Shown here in pieces: positions 53,154 through 63,199 of a stretch of 64,000 nt of DNA. Origin of the DNA: Spirochaetia bacterium. Its GTDB lineage: Bacteria > Spirochaetota > Spirochaetia > SZUA-6 > Bin103. The notes beneath the pieces are model-generated. The model was not told the DNA's origin and made no database searches. It saw only the letters and a list, made by a program, of their open reading frames with translations. The stretch lies in contig OZ242313.1 in NCBI GenBank assembly GCA_965208065.1, positions 1,349,171 through 1,413,170 of the forward strand, given 5' to 3'. Positions within the stretch are counted from its first letter, which is position 1. The number at the start of each line of letters is the position of its first letter. The position numbers and the translations under genes are program-made.

Positions 53154-55106
53154 GTGAAGCTGCAACGTAACGCGCAATTCAGGAATCTCGGCGCCGGGGT
53201 TCTCGCACTCGTCATCGGGCTCGCCGGTGTGCCGCTGTGGGCGGACTACCAGGAGGCCCCGATGCTGGCTGCCCGAGTAGCCTCGGGCGACCTGCCGCCG
53301 GTCGAGGAGCGCCTGCCTGACGATCCGCTGGTGATCACGCCGGTGGAGAGCATCGGCAAGTATGGCGGCACTTGGCGCCAGGGCATGCGTACCATCGCCG
53401 ACCTGGGACTGGTCAATCGCCAGGCAACCCACCATGACGGGCTGGTGCGCTGGAAGATCGACATGACCGGTTGGGTGCTGAACGCGGCCAACAAGATCGA
53501 AGTCAACTCCGACGCCACCGAGTACACCTTCTACCTGCGCCCCGGCATGAAGTGGTCGGACGGCGCCCCGTTCACGGCCGACGACGTGATGTTCTGGGCC
53601 GAGGACCTGGTGGCCAACGAGGAGTACGGGCTCAAGTACGCGCCGAGCAAGCGGTTCATGGCCGGCGGCCAGCCGTTCAGCGCCGAGAAGATCGACGACA
53701 CCACCGTCAAGATCAAGTTTATCAAGCCCAACGGCCTGTTCCTGCTGCACCTGTGCACGGGCGAGGCGAATGGCGAGCCGGTGCGCTATCCCAAGCACTA
53801 CCTGGAGCAGTTCCACCCGAAGTACAACACCTCCAACCTGGCCGACCTGGTCGCCGAGGCGGGGGTCACGAGCTGGCCCGAGCTGATGGGCGTCAAGGGC
53901 GGATTCTTCAACTCGCACGGCTCCACCGCCGATCCGCGCTACAATCCCGAGTTCCCGATTATCGGTCCCTACGTGATCACCATCGGCCCGCAGCAGACCA
54001 CTACCGCGCTGCTGTACGAGCGCAACCCCTACTACTGGAAGGTGGACACGGCGGGCAACCAGCTCCCCTACATCGACTACCAGGAATACACGCTGTATGA
54101 GGATCAGGACGCGGTGGCCCTGGCGGCCGCCAACGGCCAGATCGACATGGAGTGGCGCCACCTGAACGCACCCAAGTTCCGCCCGCTGATCGTCGAGAAC
54201 CGTGACAAGGGCGACTACCGCATCATCCCGACCGACTTCACCTATGCCAACGAGATCGCCATCAAGCTCAACCTGACGCATCCCGACCCGGTGAAGCGCG
54301 AGGTGTTCCAGAACAAGGACTTCCGCATCGGCCTGTCGCACGCCATCGACCGGCAGGCGATCATCGACACCGTGTACAGCGGCGTCGGCGAGATTGCCAA
54401 CATCAGTCCGTTGCGCAGCTCCGGGCTGTACACCGACGAGATGGCCAAGCAGTACACCGAGTACAACGTCGACTTGGCCAACCAGTACCTGGATGAGGCC
54501 GGCTACGCGGAGCGCGACGGCGGCGGCATCCGGCTCGGACCGGACGGCAAGCCGATCCGTATCGCCTTTGAGGTGATCGCGGGCTTCGTCGATCCCGGCG
54601 AGCTGATCGCCAACAACTGGCGTGCGGTGGGCATCGACGCCCAATTCAGCGAGGTGGAGCGCTCGTTGCACATGACGCAGATCTTCGCCAACGAGCACGA
54701 CGTGGTGTTGTGGTCGGGCGACGGCGGCACGCGCGGCGACCTGTTCCTGAACCCGCGCATCTACCTGCCGACGAGTCCGTTCGAGTCCGAGCACGCCACC
54801 CGCTGGGCGCTGTGGTATGACAACCCGGACGCGCCGGAAGCGATGGTGCCGCCGGAGTCGGTGCAGCGCCAGTATCAGCTCTACGACGAGTTCAACGCGG
54901 CCTCGACGCAGGAAGAGCAGGAGCGGCTGATGCGGGAGATCCTGGCGATCACCGCCGACGACTTCCACGTTATCGGCGTGATGTTCCCGATTCCCACCAT
55001 CACCATCGCCAAGAACAACTTCCGCAACCTGCCGGACAGGCTGATCCTGAGCTGGTCCTACCCGAGCGACTCGCCGGTCGGCGTCGAGCAGTTCTACTTC
55101 GACTAG
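53154..55106 (+). CDS. ABC transporter substrate-binding protein, family 5
   Basis: GTG start after AAGGAGG, signal peptide, 650 aa. First gene of a five-gene Opp/Dpp-type operon. Confidence 0.8.
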   Translation: MKLQRNAQFRNLGAGVLALVIGLAGVPLWADYQEAPMLAARVASGDLPPVEERLPDDPLVITPVESIGKYGGTWRQGMRTIADLGLVNRQATHHDGLVRWKIDMTGWVLNAANKIEVNSDATEYTFYLRPGMKWSDGAPFTADDVMFWAEDLVANEEYGLKYAPSKRFMAGGQPFSAEKIDDTTVKIKFIKPNGLFLLHLCTGEANGEPVRYPKHYLEQFHPKYNTSNLADLVAEAGVTSWPELMGVKGGFFNSHGSTADPRYNPEFPIIGPYVITIGPQQTTTALLYERNPYYWKVDTAGNQLPYIDYQEYTLYEDQDAVALAAANGQIDMEWRHLNAPKFRPLIVENRDKGDYRIIPTDFTYANEIAIKLNLTHPDPVKREVFQNKDFRIGLSHAIDRQAIIDTVYSGVGEIANISPLRSSGLYTDEMAKQYTEYNVDLANQYLDEAGYAERDGGGIRLGPDGKPIRIAFEVIAGFVDPGELIANNWRAVGIDAQFSEVERSLHMTQIFANEHDVVLWSGDGGTRGDLFLNPRIYLPTSPFESEHATRWALWYDNPDAPEAMVPPESVQRQYQLYDEFNAASTQEEQERLMREILAITADDFHVIGVMFPIPTITIAKNNFRNLPDRLILSWSYPSDSPVGVEQFYFD

Positions 55107-55199
55107 AACCTGAGGGTTACCTGGTTGATTGTTGTCCAGGGCTCTCCCCGGGCTTCCGCAGGGAAGCCTGGCGGGGGCCCTGGAGTTGTTTGAGGGGCG

Positions 55200-56183
55200 A
55201 TGGGCCGCTACTTCATTAGACGCGTTCTGTATGCGATCCCGGCGCTGCTGGTGATCTCGTTCATCTCGTTTCTGCTCATCCAGCTGCCGCCGGGCACGTT
55301 TGCCGACACGGTGGCGGCGGAGATGATGGAGTCGGCCAGCGTCAACGAGTCGGCTATCCGCGCCATCGAGGAGCGCTACGGGCTCAATCAGCCGATCATG
55401 GTGCAGTACTGGAAGTGGATTTCCGGGATCCTGCTGCGCGGTGATTTCGGCGAGTCGTTCATCTGGAACCGGCCGGTGGCGCCGCTGATGTGGGAGCGGC
55501 TCGGCCTGACGCTGGTCCTGACCGCCAGCGCGTTTATCTTCGTGTGCGTGGTGTCGGTGCCGATCGGCATCTTCTCCGCGGTGCGGCAATACTCCGTCGG
55601 CGACTACATCGCCACCTCGCTCGGATTCCTGGGGCTGGCGGTGCCCAGCTTCCTGTTTGCCCTGATCCTGATGTACATCGGGTTTCGCTATTTCGATACC
55701 ACCATCGGCGGCTTCTTCTCGCCCGACTTCGCGCGCGCGGAGTGGAGCTGGGCGCGCGTGGCCGACCTGCTGTCGAACCTGTGGATGCCGATGCTGGCGG
55801 TCGGGCTGGCGGGCACGGCGTCGCTGATCCGCATTGTGCGCGCCAACCTGCTCGATGAGCTGCTCAAGCCATACGTGGCGGCGGCGCGCGCCAAGGGGCT
55901 GTCCGAGTTGAGCCTGTTGCTCAAGTACCCGGTGCGGCTGGCGCTGATCCCGTTCGTGGCCACCGTCGGCTGGATGCTGCCGCAACTGGTGTCGGGGGCC
56001 ACCATTGTTTCGGTGGTAATGAGCCTGCCGACCACCGGGCCGATGCTGTTGCGCTCGCTGCTCGGGCAGGACATGTACCTGGCGGCCAGCTTCATCATGA
56101 TGCTGAGCGGGCTCACGGTGATTGGCACGCTGATTTCCGACGTGCTGCTGGCCCTCGTCGACCCGCGCATCCGGTTCACCTGA
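55200..56183 (+). CDS. Opp/Dpp-type ABC transporter permease (DppB-like)
   Basis: MGRYFIRRVLYAIPALLVISFISFLLIQLPPG and the C-terminal LALVDPRI. Confidence 0.85.
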   Translation: MGRYFIRRVLYAIPALLVISFISFLLIQLPPGTFADTVAAEMMESASVNESAIRAIEERYGLNQPIMVQYWKWISGILLRGDFGESFIWNRPVAPLMWERLGLTLVLTASAFIFVCVVSVPIGIFSAVRQYSVGDYIATSLGFLGLAVPSFLFALILMYIGFRYFDTTIGGFFSPDFARAEWSWARVADLLSNLWMPMLAVGLAGTASLIRIVRANLLDELLKPYVAAARAKGLSELSLLLKYPVRLALIPFVATVGWMLPQLVSGATIVSVVMSLPTTGPMLLRSLLGQDMYLAASFIMMLSGLTVIGTLISDVLLALVDPRIRFT

Positions 56184-57328
56184 TGGCCGCCCCCGCCGCC
56201 GCGGTTCCCGCCGCCGTCGAATCGTCCACCGACACCGCCGCAACCGTGCAGCTCGCCAGCCAATGGCGGCTGATCTGGTGGCGCTTCCGCAAGCACAAGC
56301 TGGCCTTGGTAAGCGGGGTGGTGGTGATCCTGGTGTACCTGGTGGCGGCGTTCGCCGAGTTCCTGGCTCCGTTTTCCACCGACCGGATGATCTCCAACCT
56401 CGCCTACGCACCGCCGCAGCGGCTCCGGCTCATTGAGCAGACCGACACGGGCACGCGGTACGGGCTGTACGTGTACGGCTACACCTCCGAAGTCGATATG
56501 CTGTCGCTGCAGCGCACCTTCGGCGTCGACGAGAGTCAGCGCATCGACCTGCGCCTGCTCGCCAAGAGCGAGCCCTACAAGCTGTGGGGGCTGATCCCGC
56601 TGCAACGCCACCTGATCGGTCCGGTCGATCAGAGCGCGCCGTTCTACCCGCTCGGCGCGGACCGGCTCGGACGCGACCTGTTCAGCCGCATCATATACGG
56701 TACCCGCATCTCGATGACCGTGGGTCTGGTCGGGGTCACCCTGAGCCTGGTGCTCGGCGTGCTGCTCGGCGGCGTGTCCGGCTACTTTGGCGGCACCGTC
56801 GACCTGTTGATACAGCGGGTGATGGAGATTCTGCGCTCGATGCCGACCATCCCGCTGTGGATGGGGCTGGCGGCGGCGATCCCGGACTTCTGGTCGCCGG
56901 TGCTGGTCTACTTCATGATTACCATCATCCTGTCGGTTATTGGCTGGACCTGGTTGGCGCAGGCGGTGCGCGGCAAGTTCTTCTCGCTCAAGACCGAAGA
57001 CTTCGTGATCGCCGCCAAGCTGGACGGGTGCAGCGAACTGCAGGTGATTCTCAGCCACATGGTGCCGTCGTTCATGAGCCATATCATCGCCACCCTCACC
57101 CTGGCAATTCCGCAGATGATCATTGCCGAGACCGCGCTTAGTTTTCTCGGCATCGGCCTGCGCCCGCCGGTGGTGAGCTGGGGGGTGCTGCTCAAGGAGG
57201 CGCAGAACGTGCGCGTACTGGTTACCTCGCCGTGGCTGTTCCTGCCCGGCGCGGCGGTGATCGTGGCGGTGCTGGCATTCAACTTTCTGGGCGACGGCAT
57301 CCGGGACGCGGCGGACCCCTACAAGTGA
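56183..57328 (+). CDS. Opp/Dpp-type ABC transporter permease (DppC-like with N-terminal extension)
   Basis: PLGADRLGRDLFSRIIYGTRISM and NFLGDGIRDAADPY. The start overlaps the preceding stop (TGATG). Confidence 0.85.
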   Translation: MAAPAAAVPAAVESSTDTAATVQLASQWRLIWWRFRKHKLALVSGVVVILVYLVAAFAEFLAPFSTDRMISNLAYAPPQRLRLIEQTDTGTRYGLYVYGYTSEVDMLSLQRTFGVDESQRIDLRLLAKSEPYKLWGLIPLQRHLIGPVDQSAPFYPLGADRLGRDLFSRIIYGTRISMTVGLVGVTLSLVLGVLLGGVSGYFGGTVDLLIQRVMEILRSMPTIPLWMGLAAAIPDFWSPVLVYFMITIILSVIGWTWLAQAVRGKFFSLKTEDFVIAAKLDGCSELQVILSHMVPSFMSHIIATLTLAIPQMIIAETALSFLGIGLRPPVVSWGVLLKEAQNVRVLVTSPWLFLPGAAVIVAVLAFNFLGDGIRDAADPYK

Positions 57329-57336
57329 GCGCACCG

Positions 57337-58485
57337 ATGTCTGGCGGCGGCGGGCGCGATCTGCTGTTGGAGATAAAAGGCCTGAAGACCCACTTCTTCA
57401 CCGACGAGGGAGTGGTGAAGGCGGTGGACGGGGCGGACTTCCCGATCGCGCGCGGCAAGACGGTGTGCGTGGTGGGCGAGTCCGGCTGCGGCAAGTCGGT
57501 GACGGCACGCTCCATTCTGCAGATCGTCGACCGCCCGGGACGCATTGTGGAGGGCCGGATCCTGCTGCACCGCGAGTCGGAAGAGGTGGTCGATCTGGCC
57601 GCCATGGCGCCCACCGGCAAGGCGATTCGCGCCATCCGCGGCAAGGAGATCGCGATGATCTTCCAGGAGCCGATGTCGTCGCTGAGCCCGGTGCACACCA
57701 TCGGCAACCAGATCGTGGAGATGATTCGGCTGCACCTGCCGATGACCACCGAGCAGGCACGCGACCGCGCCGCCGAGCTGCTGGAGCGGGTGGGCATTCC
57801 GCAGGCCGGCAGGCGTCTCGACTCGTACGTGTTTCAGCTCTCGGGCGGCATGCGGCAGCGGGCGATGATCGCCATGGCGCTGTCCTGCCGCCCCAACCTG
57901 TTGATTGCCGACGAACCCACCACCGCCCTCGACGTGACCACCGAGGCCACCATTCTCGACTTGATCAAGGAGCTGCAGCGCGACCTCAACATGACCGTGA
58001 TGTTCATCACCCACGACCTCGGCGTGGTGGCGGAGATCGCCGACGACGTGGTGGTGATGTACCTCGGCAAGGTGGCGGAAACGGCCGCGGTGGATCCGAT
58101 CTTCCACGATCCCAAGCACCCCTACACGCGCGCCCTGCACCAGTCCATTCCCAAGTTCGGCGACACGCAGCGCGGCGCGCTCGAAGCGATCCGCGGCATG
58201 GTGCCGCATCCGTTCGCGCGGCCCGACGGCTGCACCTTTCACCCGCGCTGCGAGAGCTTCATGCCCGGCGAGTGCGACCGGGTGGCGCCGCCGGCCGTGG
58301 TAATGGAGTCCGGCACCACGGTGCGCTGCCTGCTGTACGGCGGCTCCGACGGCTCCGGCGGCTCCGGCGCAGTGCGCGACGATGCCGGCGGCCATGCCGG
58401 CACGGCGGGCGGCGAAGCCGGCGCCCGGGCGCCGGGTAAGGGAGCGTCCGGTCCGCGCGCCGCGGACCAGGGAGTGGCGGGCTGA
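57337..58485 (+). CDS. Opp/Dpp-type ABC transporter ATP-binding protein (DppD-like)
   Basis: Walker A GESGCGKS, signature LSGGMRQR and Walker B LLIADEPT. Gly/Ser/Ala-rich C-terminal tail. Confidence 0.85.
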   Translation: MSGGGGRDLLLEIKGLKTHFFTDEGVVKAVDGADFPIARGKTVCVVGESGCGKSVTARSILQIVDRPGRIVEGRILLHRESEEVVDLAAMAPTGKAIRAIRGKEIAMIFQEPMSSLSPVHTIGNQIVEMIRLHLPMTTEQARDRAAELLERVGIPQAGRRLDSYVFQLSGGMRQRAMIAMALSCRPNLLIADEPTTALDVTTEATILDLIKELQRDLNMTVMFITHDLGVVAEIADDVVVMYLGKVAETAAVDPIFHDPKHPYTRALHQSIPKFGDTQRGALEAIRGMVPHPFARPDGCTFHPRCESFMPGECDRVAPPAVVMESGTTVRCLLYGGSDGSGGSGAVRDDAGGHAGTAGGEAGARAPGKGASGPRAADQGVAG

Positions 58486-59525
58486 TGGCCTCGTCACCGC
58501 CAACGGCTACCCGTCCGCTGCTTGAGTTGGAGCAACTCAAGATGCACTTTCCCATTACCCGCGGGCTGCTGCACCGGGTGGTGGGCCACGTGAAGGCGGT
58601 GGACGGCGTCGACCTGACCGTGCACAGCGGCGAGACCCTGGCCCTGGTCGGCGAGTCGGGTTGCGGCAAGACCACGCTCGGGCGTTGCGTGGTGCGCATC
58701 TACCAGCCCACCGGCGGCGCCATCCGCTATCGCGACGAGGACGGTTCGTTCGCCGACCTGACCGTGCTGCAGGGCGCCAGCCTGCGCCCGTACCGGCGCG
58801 CCGTCCGCATGATCTTCCAGGATCCGTACGCCTCCCTCAACCCGCGCAAGACGGTGCTGCAGATCGTCGGCGAGTCGTTGCGCCGCCACGACAACATCGG
58901 CGGCGTGGAGCTGGAACAGCGCGTCGCCGAGCTGCTGCGCCGGGTCGGACTGCGCCCCGAGTACATCCGCCGCTACCCGCACGCGTTCAGCGGCGGCGAG
59001 CGGCAGCGCATCGGGGTGGCGCGCGCCCTGGCGCTGCACCCGCGCCTGGTGATCGCCGACGAGGCGGTGTCCGCCCTGGATGTGTCGGTGCAGGCGCAGA
59101 TCCTCAACCTGCTGCAGGAGCTGCAGGCCGAGTTCGACCTGACCTACCTGTTCGTGGCGCACGACCTGAGCGTGGTGGACTATATCAGCGACCGGGTGGC
59201 GGTTATGTACGTCGGCAAGCTGGTGGAGGTGGGCAGCCGCGCGCGCGTGTTCGCCATGCCGAAGCACCCCTACACCGAGGCGCTGCTGTCGGCGGTGCCC
59301 AAGCCCGACCCGCGGCTGCGCAGCGCGGGAGCCCGCGTGCGCCTGTCCGGCGACGTGGCCGACCCGGCCAACCCGCCCACCGGCTGCTACTTCCATCCGC
59401 GCTGCCGCTACGCGCAGGACCGCTGTGCCGTGGAGGCGCCGCCGCTGCGCGAACTGGGCGACGGCCACCGCGTGGCCTGCCACTTCGCGGAGGAACTGGA
59501 GCTGGCCGGCGTCGCCGGCGCGTAA
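58485..59525 (+). CDS. Opp/Dpp-type ABC transporter ATP-binding protein (DppF-like)
   Basis: Walker A GESGCGKT, signature FSGGERQR and Walker [12 protein letters not shown] overlaps the preceding TGA. Confidence 0.85.
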   Translation: MASSPPTATRPLLELEQLKMHFPITRGLLHRVVGHVKAVDGVDLTVHSGETLALVGESGCGKTTLGRCVVRIYQPTGGAIRYRDEDGSFADLTVLQGASLRPYRRAVRMIFQDPYASLNPRKTVLQIVGESLRRHDNIGGVELEQRVAELLRRVGLRPEYIRRYPHAFSGGERQRIGVARALALHPRLVIADEAVSALDVSVQAQILNLLQELQAEFDLTYLFVAHDLSVVDYISDRVAVMYVGKLVEVGSRARVFAMPKHPYTEALLSAVPKPDPRLRSAGARVRLSGDVADPANPPTGCYFHPRCRYAQDRCAVEAPPLRELGDGHRVACHFAEELELAGVAGA

Positions 59526-59552
59526 GGCGCCGGCTCACACGGAGGAGATTCC

Positions 59553-60389
59553 TTGAACGAAAATACAGCCGGTACGGCCTACACGATGGGCCGCAGCGCC
59601 GCGGAGACCGAGCGGCTCATCGAGCAGTCCCACCTGTACGAGCGGGTGACCCTGCGCATGCTGCGCAACGCCGGCGTCGACACCGGCATGAAGGTGCTGG
59701 ACATCGGCAGCGGCGCCGGCGACGTGGCCATGGCGGCCGCGCAACTGGTGGGCCCGGAGGGGTCGGTGGTGGGCGTCGACCTGAACCCGGAGATCCTGGA
59801 CACCGCTCGGACGCGGGTGCGGCAGGCCGGACATCACAACATAACGTTCATCGCCGGCGACGCTCGCGAGGTGGATCTGCCGAACGACTTCGACGCGCTG
59901 ATCGGGCGCCTGGTACTTATGTACCTGCCCGACCCGGCAGCTGCGTTGCGGCAGTTGGTCATCCACCTGAGGCCGCGCGGCATCGTCGCCTTCCAGGAGG
60001 CGGAACTGGTGCTGTACCAGTCGGTGCGGACGCCGGCGACCCCGTTCATGAACCAGCTCGTGGAGTGGGGCCTGGAGGTGTTTCGGCGCTCCGGGGCCAA
60101 CGTCGGCATGGGACTGGAGTTGTACGGTGTCTTCGTGGCCGCGGGACTGCCCGCGCCGGTGTCGCACCTGGAGGCGCCCGCGGGCGGCGGCCCGGACTGG
60201 GTCGGCTACGAGTTTCTCAGGCATGGCTTTGCCAGCCTGCTGCCGCTCATGGAGGCGTACGGCATCGCCACCGCCGAACAACTCGACATCGACACGTTCA
60301 CCGAACGGTTGCAGAAAGAAGCCGCCGCCTCCGGGCGCCTTATCGTGCTGCCGCCGCACGTCACCGCGTACGGCAGGCTGCCGGCTTGA
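59553..60389 (+). CDS. Class I SAM-dependent methyltransferase
   Basis: TTG start after GGAGGAG. Motif I is VLDIGSGAGDVA. Confidence 0.75.
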   Translation: MNENTAGTAYTMGRSAAETERLIEQSHLYERVTLRMLRNAGVDTGMKVLDIGSGAGDVAMAAAQLVGPEGSVVGVDLNPEILDTARTRVRQAGHHNITFIAGDAREVDLPNDFDALIGRLVLMYLPDPAAALRQLVIHLRPRGIVAFQEAELVLYQSVRTPATPFMNQLVEWGLEVFRRSGANVGMGLELYGVFVAAGLPAPVSHLEAPAGGGPDWVGYEFLRHGFASLLPLMEAYGIATAEQLDIDTFTERLQKEAAASGRLIVLPPHVTAYGRLPA

Positions 60390-61102
60390 GCCGTGCACTC
60401 GGCATCAAGGCGCTGCTGTTCGACGTGTTCGGGACGGTGGTGGACTGGCGCGGTTCGGTGATCCGGGAGGCCGCCGCGTTCGGCCGGCTCTACGGCATCG
60501 ACGCCGACTGGCAGGCGTTCGCCGACGCCTGGCGCGGCAAGTACGGGCCGTTCATGGACAAGGTGCGCAGCGCCGCGCTGCCGTGGACCAACCTGGACGG
60601 CCTGCACCGCCTCGCCCTGGAGGAACTGCTCGCCGAGTTCGGGATCGAGGGTGTGTCCGATTCCGCCAAGGCGGAGCTGAACCTGGCCTGGCACCGGCTC
60701 GACCCGTGGCCCGACGCCCCCGCGGGACTGGCGCGGCTCAAGGCACGCTTCATCATTGCCGCCATGTCCAACGGCAACGTGGCGTTGATGACCAACCTCG
60801 CCCGGTACGCCGGCCTGCCCTGGGACTGCATCCTGGGCGCCGAGCTGGCCCGCGCCTACAAGCCGGACCCGCGGACCTACCTGACCGGCGTGCAACTGCT
60901 CGGCCTGCAGCCGGCTGAAGCGATGATGGTCGCCGCCCACCCCGGCGACCTGCAGGCGGCGGCGGCTCTGGGCCTGAGGACCGCCCTGGTGCCGCGCCCC
61001 CTCGAACGCGGCCCCGCCGCGGCGCCGGAGCCGATCGCCACCGAATCGTTCGACGTGGTCGCCGCCGACTTCCGCGACCTCGCCGCCCAACTCGGCGGCT
61101 GA
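60386..61102 (+). CDS. Haloacid dehalogenase, type II (HAD superfamily)
   Basis: In-frame TTG 60386 overlaps the MTase stop (TTGA). Nucleophile motif LLFDVFGTVVDW, plus MSNGN and the AYKPDP region typical of L-2-haloacid dehalogenases. The rest of ORF 58661..61102 is read-through of other genes. Confidence 0.75.
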   Translation: MSRALGIKALLFDVFGTVVDWRGSVIREAAAFGRLYGIDADWQAFADAWRGKYGPFMDKVRSAALPWTNLDGLHRLALEELLAEFGIEGVSDSAKAELNLAWHRLDPWPDAPAGLARLKARFIIAAMSNGNVALMTNLARYAGLPWDCILGAELARAYKPDPRTYLTGVQLLGLQPAEAMMVAAHPGDLQAAAALGLRTALVPRPLERGPAAAPEPIATESFDVVAADFRDLAAQLGG

Positions 61103-61148
61103 CTCGCGTATGGGAGCCTGCGCCGCACCGGGCAACCCACGGTCAATG

Positions 61149-61703
61149 TTATGCGGCACCCTCGCGCGGCTTGTCCGGCGGTTGGTTGCGCCCGCTCCAG
61201 AATAACCCTTCGATGATGCCCTCGACCTTCGACAGCCGGTCGCCGACGCCGGTCACCCGCTCGCCGAGTTCCTTGAATCCGGCTTGCATCTCGGCCCGTA
61301 GCGCGGCATCGGAGGAAGCAGTTTCCTCGCGCAACGCCGCTAGGTCGCCGCGCAGGCTGCTCTCCAAGGCCCGGATGTCTTCGCGTAGAGCCGCATCGGA
61401 GGCCTGGATGGTGTCGCGCAACGTGGCATCGGAGGTCCCGGTCTCCTCGCGTAGTGCATTCGTCTCGCTCCGCAACTCGCTTCCCATGGTTTGCATGTCT
61501 GCCCGCAACCCGCTTCCCATGGTTTGCATGTCTGACCGCAACCCGCCTTCCATGGCCTGCATGTCTGACCGCAACCCGCCTTCCATGGCCTGCATGTCTG
61601 ACCGCAGGTCGCGCACTTCCTGACGAAGGCTGCGTATCGAGGCAAGCAGGGCGCTACCGAGGGCGATGGTAGCCGCGATGATGCCGATCAACTCTACGCT
61701 CAT
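61149..61703 (-). CDS. Membrane-anchored coiled-coil protein built of 11-residue repeats (hypothetical)
   Basis: ATG 61703 lies 7 nt after GGGGAGAG. N-terminal TM helix (VELIGIIAATIALGSALLASI), then repeated LRSDMQAMEGG / LRxExxxxDAA 11-mers. I recognise no enzymatic motif. Confidence 0.6.
   Translation of the reverse strand: MSVELIGIIAATIALGSALLASIRSLRQEVRDLRSDMQAMEGGLRSDMQAMEGGLRSDMQTMGSGLRADMQTMGSELRSETNALREETGTSDATLRDTIQASDAALREDIRALESSLRGDLAALREETASSDAALRAEMQAGFKELGERVTGVGDRLSKVEGIIEGLFWSGRNQPPDKPREGAA
61470..61601. repeat. 4 x 33-bp in-frame tandem repeat inside the coiled-coil gene
   Basis: The units are 61470-61502, 61503-61535, 61536-61568 and 61569-61601. Units 3 and 4 are identical, units 1 and 2 differ by 2 nt, and a partial fifth unit follows. 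Confidence 0.9.
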
Positions 61704-61937
61704 GTACACTCTCCCCGGCGCCCTCCGCTCCCGGCTGAGATTCTATCCTCTGCCGCGTCCGGTGTCACCGGCGGCGCCTCTTGTCGTACCTCCCACAACG
61801 GGGTATCTCTCGCTGCCGCTTCAGTGGTCAATGCGCCGTAGCGCCGGGCAGGCGTTCCTGTCGCGGCTCGCGGGACACCCTCGTCGTCACCGGCAGCGTG
61901 GTGTCCCCTTATGGCGCCGGCGGCTATAGTGTCGCCG

Positions 61938-63095
61938 ATGAGCCGTTACCGGACGGCGATCGTCGCCTGCGGCATGATCGCCCGGGTCCACGCCCGCGGC
62001 TGGCTCGGAGTGCCGGGCCGTCCCACCCGCATCGCTGCCGTCGCCGACAGCAACCCCGACGCGCTGCGCGAGTTCGGCGCCTTCTTCGAGGTGGACGAGG
62101 CGCAGCGCTACGCCGACTACCGGGACATGCTGGACCGCGAGCGTCCGGATTTCGTGGATGTCTGTTCCTGGCATGGCCAGCACGCCGAGATGGTGATCGC
62201 CGCGGCCGCCCGGCGGCCGCGCGCCATCATCTGCCAGAAACCGATGGCGTTGGACCTGGGACAGGCCGACGCCATGCTCACCGCCTGCGAGCGCAACGGC
62301 GTGCGGTTGCTGGTGGCCTACCAGCGGCCGCACCACGCAACCTGGCTGCGTGCCCGCGAACTGCTGCGTGCGGGGGCCATCGGCCGCATCCGGCAGGTGA
62401 CGGTGCAGGCGGGCGGCAACCTGCTCAACGTCAGCTCCCACAACATCCGGCTGGCCCTGTTCCTGATGGATGAGCCGGAGGTCGAGTGGGTCGTGGGCGC
62501 CGTGGAGCGCAGCACCGATCTGTTCGAGCGCGGCGTCCCCGCCGAGGAAACCTGCATCGGGCTGGCCGGCTGTGCCGACGGCGCCACCCTGCTGATCGAA
62601 AGCGGCTGCGTCGGAGAGCAGACCTGCCGCGTCATCGGCAGCGAGGGCATGATGGAACTGGGTACCGCCGCACCGCCGGTGGAGGAGGTTCCCTCGGACG
62701 CGCCGATGTACATGCCCGAGGGGCCCTCGGCGCGCTACAACTGCGAACGCGGCACCGCTCGCTACCTCAGCGCGGAGACCGGTGGCTGGCGCGAGGTCGA
62801 GGCACCGTGGCACGACTGCTGGGCGCGGCAGTGCCGGGAGGCGGTGGACTGGGTCGAAGGCAGGATCGAACGGCCGATCAGCGGCGCCGACCGCGGCCGC
62901 GCGGTGCAGGAAATCATGATGGCGCTGTACGAATCGGCACGCAAGCGCCGACGCATTCCGCTGCCGCTGAAGACGCGGCTCAACCCGCTCAGCCTGATGG
63001 TGGAGCGCGGCGAGCTGGCGGTCGAGTGGCCGGGCCGCTACGAAAGCCGCTCGCGTATCGTACGAGGAGAAGGGATGGCATGGCCGATAGCATGA
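61938..63095 (+). CDS. Gfo/Idh/MocA family oxidoreductase
   Basis: MSRYRTAIVACGMIARVHARGW (Rossmann N-terminus) and EKP-like CQKPMAL. Confidence 0.8.
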   Translation: MSRYRTAIVACGMIARVHARGWLGVPGRPTRIAAVADSNPDALREFGAFFEVDEAQRYADYRDMLDRERPDFVDVCSWHGQHAEMVIAAAARRPRAIICQKPMALDLGQADAMLTACERNGVRLLVAYQRPHHATWLRARELLRAGAIGRIRQVTVQAGGNLLNVSSHNIRLALFLMDEPEVEWVVGAVERSTDLFERGVPAEETCIGLAGCADGATLLIESGCVGEQTCRVIGSEGMMELGTAAPPVEEVPSDAPMYMPEGPSARYNCERGTARYLSAETGGWREVEAPWHDCWARQCREAVDWVEGRIERPISGADRGRAVQEIMMALYESARKRRRIPLPLKTRLNPLSLMVERGELAVEWPGRYESRSRIVRGEGMAWPIA

Positions 63096-63199
63096 GCGTT
63101 CGCAGTTCCGGTTTCCGGATTGCCCGCGCTTGAAGGTGGGGGTTGCGTTTCGACGGTGCTTCAACGCACGCTGCGGCGCAACTTGGGGAGGGCCACCGG

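Noticed and set aside
53118-56411. 1097-aa ORF on the - strand, the longest in the window
   Set aside because: It lies antisense to an SBP gene and two permease genes that have clear family motifs, RBSs and operon coupling. Its composition is dominated by R/G/A/P/D/Q. It is a shadow ORF.
58661-61102. 813-aa ORF on the + strand
   Set aside because: Only the last 238 codons (from TTG 60386) are a real gene, the type II HAD. The upstream part is an alternative frame of the dppF-like and methyltransferase genes.
61470-61601. Possible CRISPR array, because of regularly spaced ~33-bp repeats
   Set aside because: The repeats are contiguous with no spacers, lie in frame inside a coding sequence, and no cas genes are present. 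This is a coding tandem repeat, not CRISPR.
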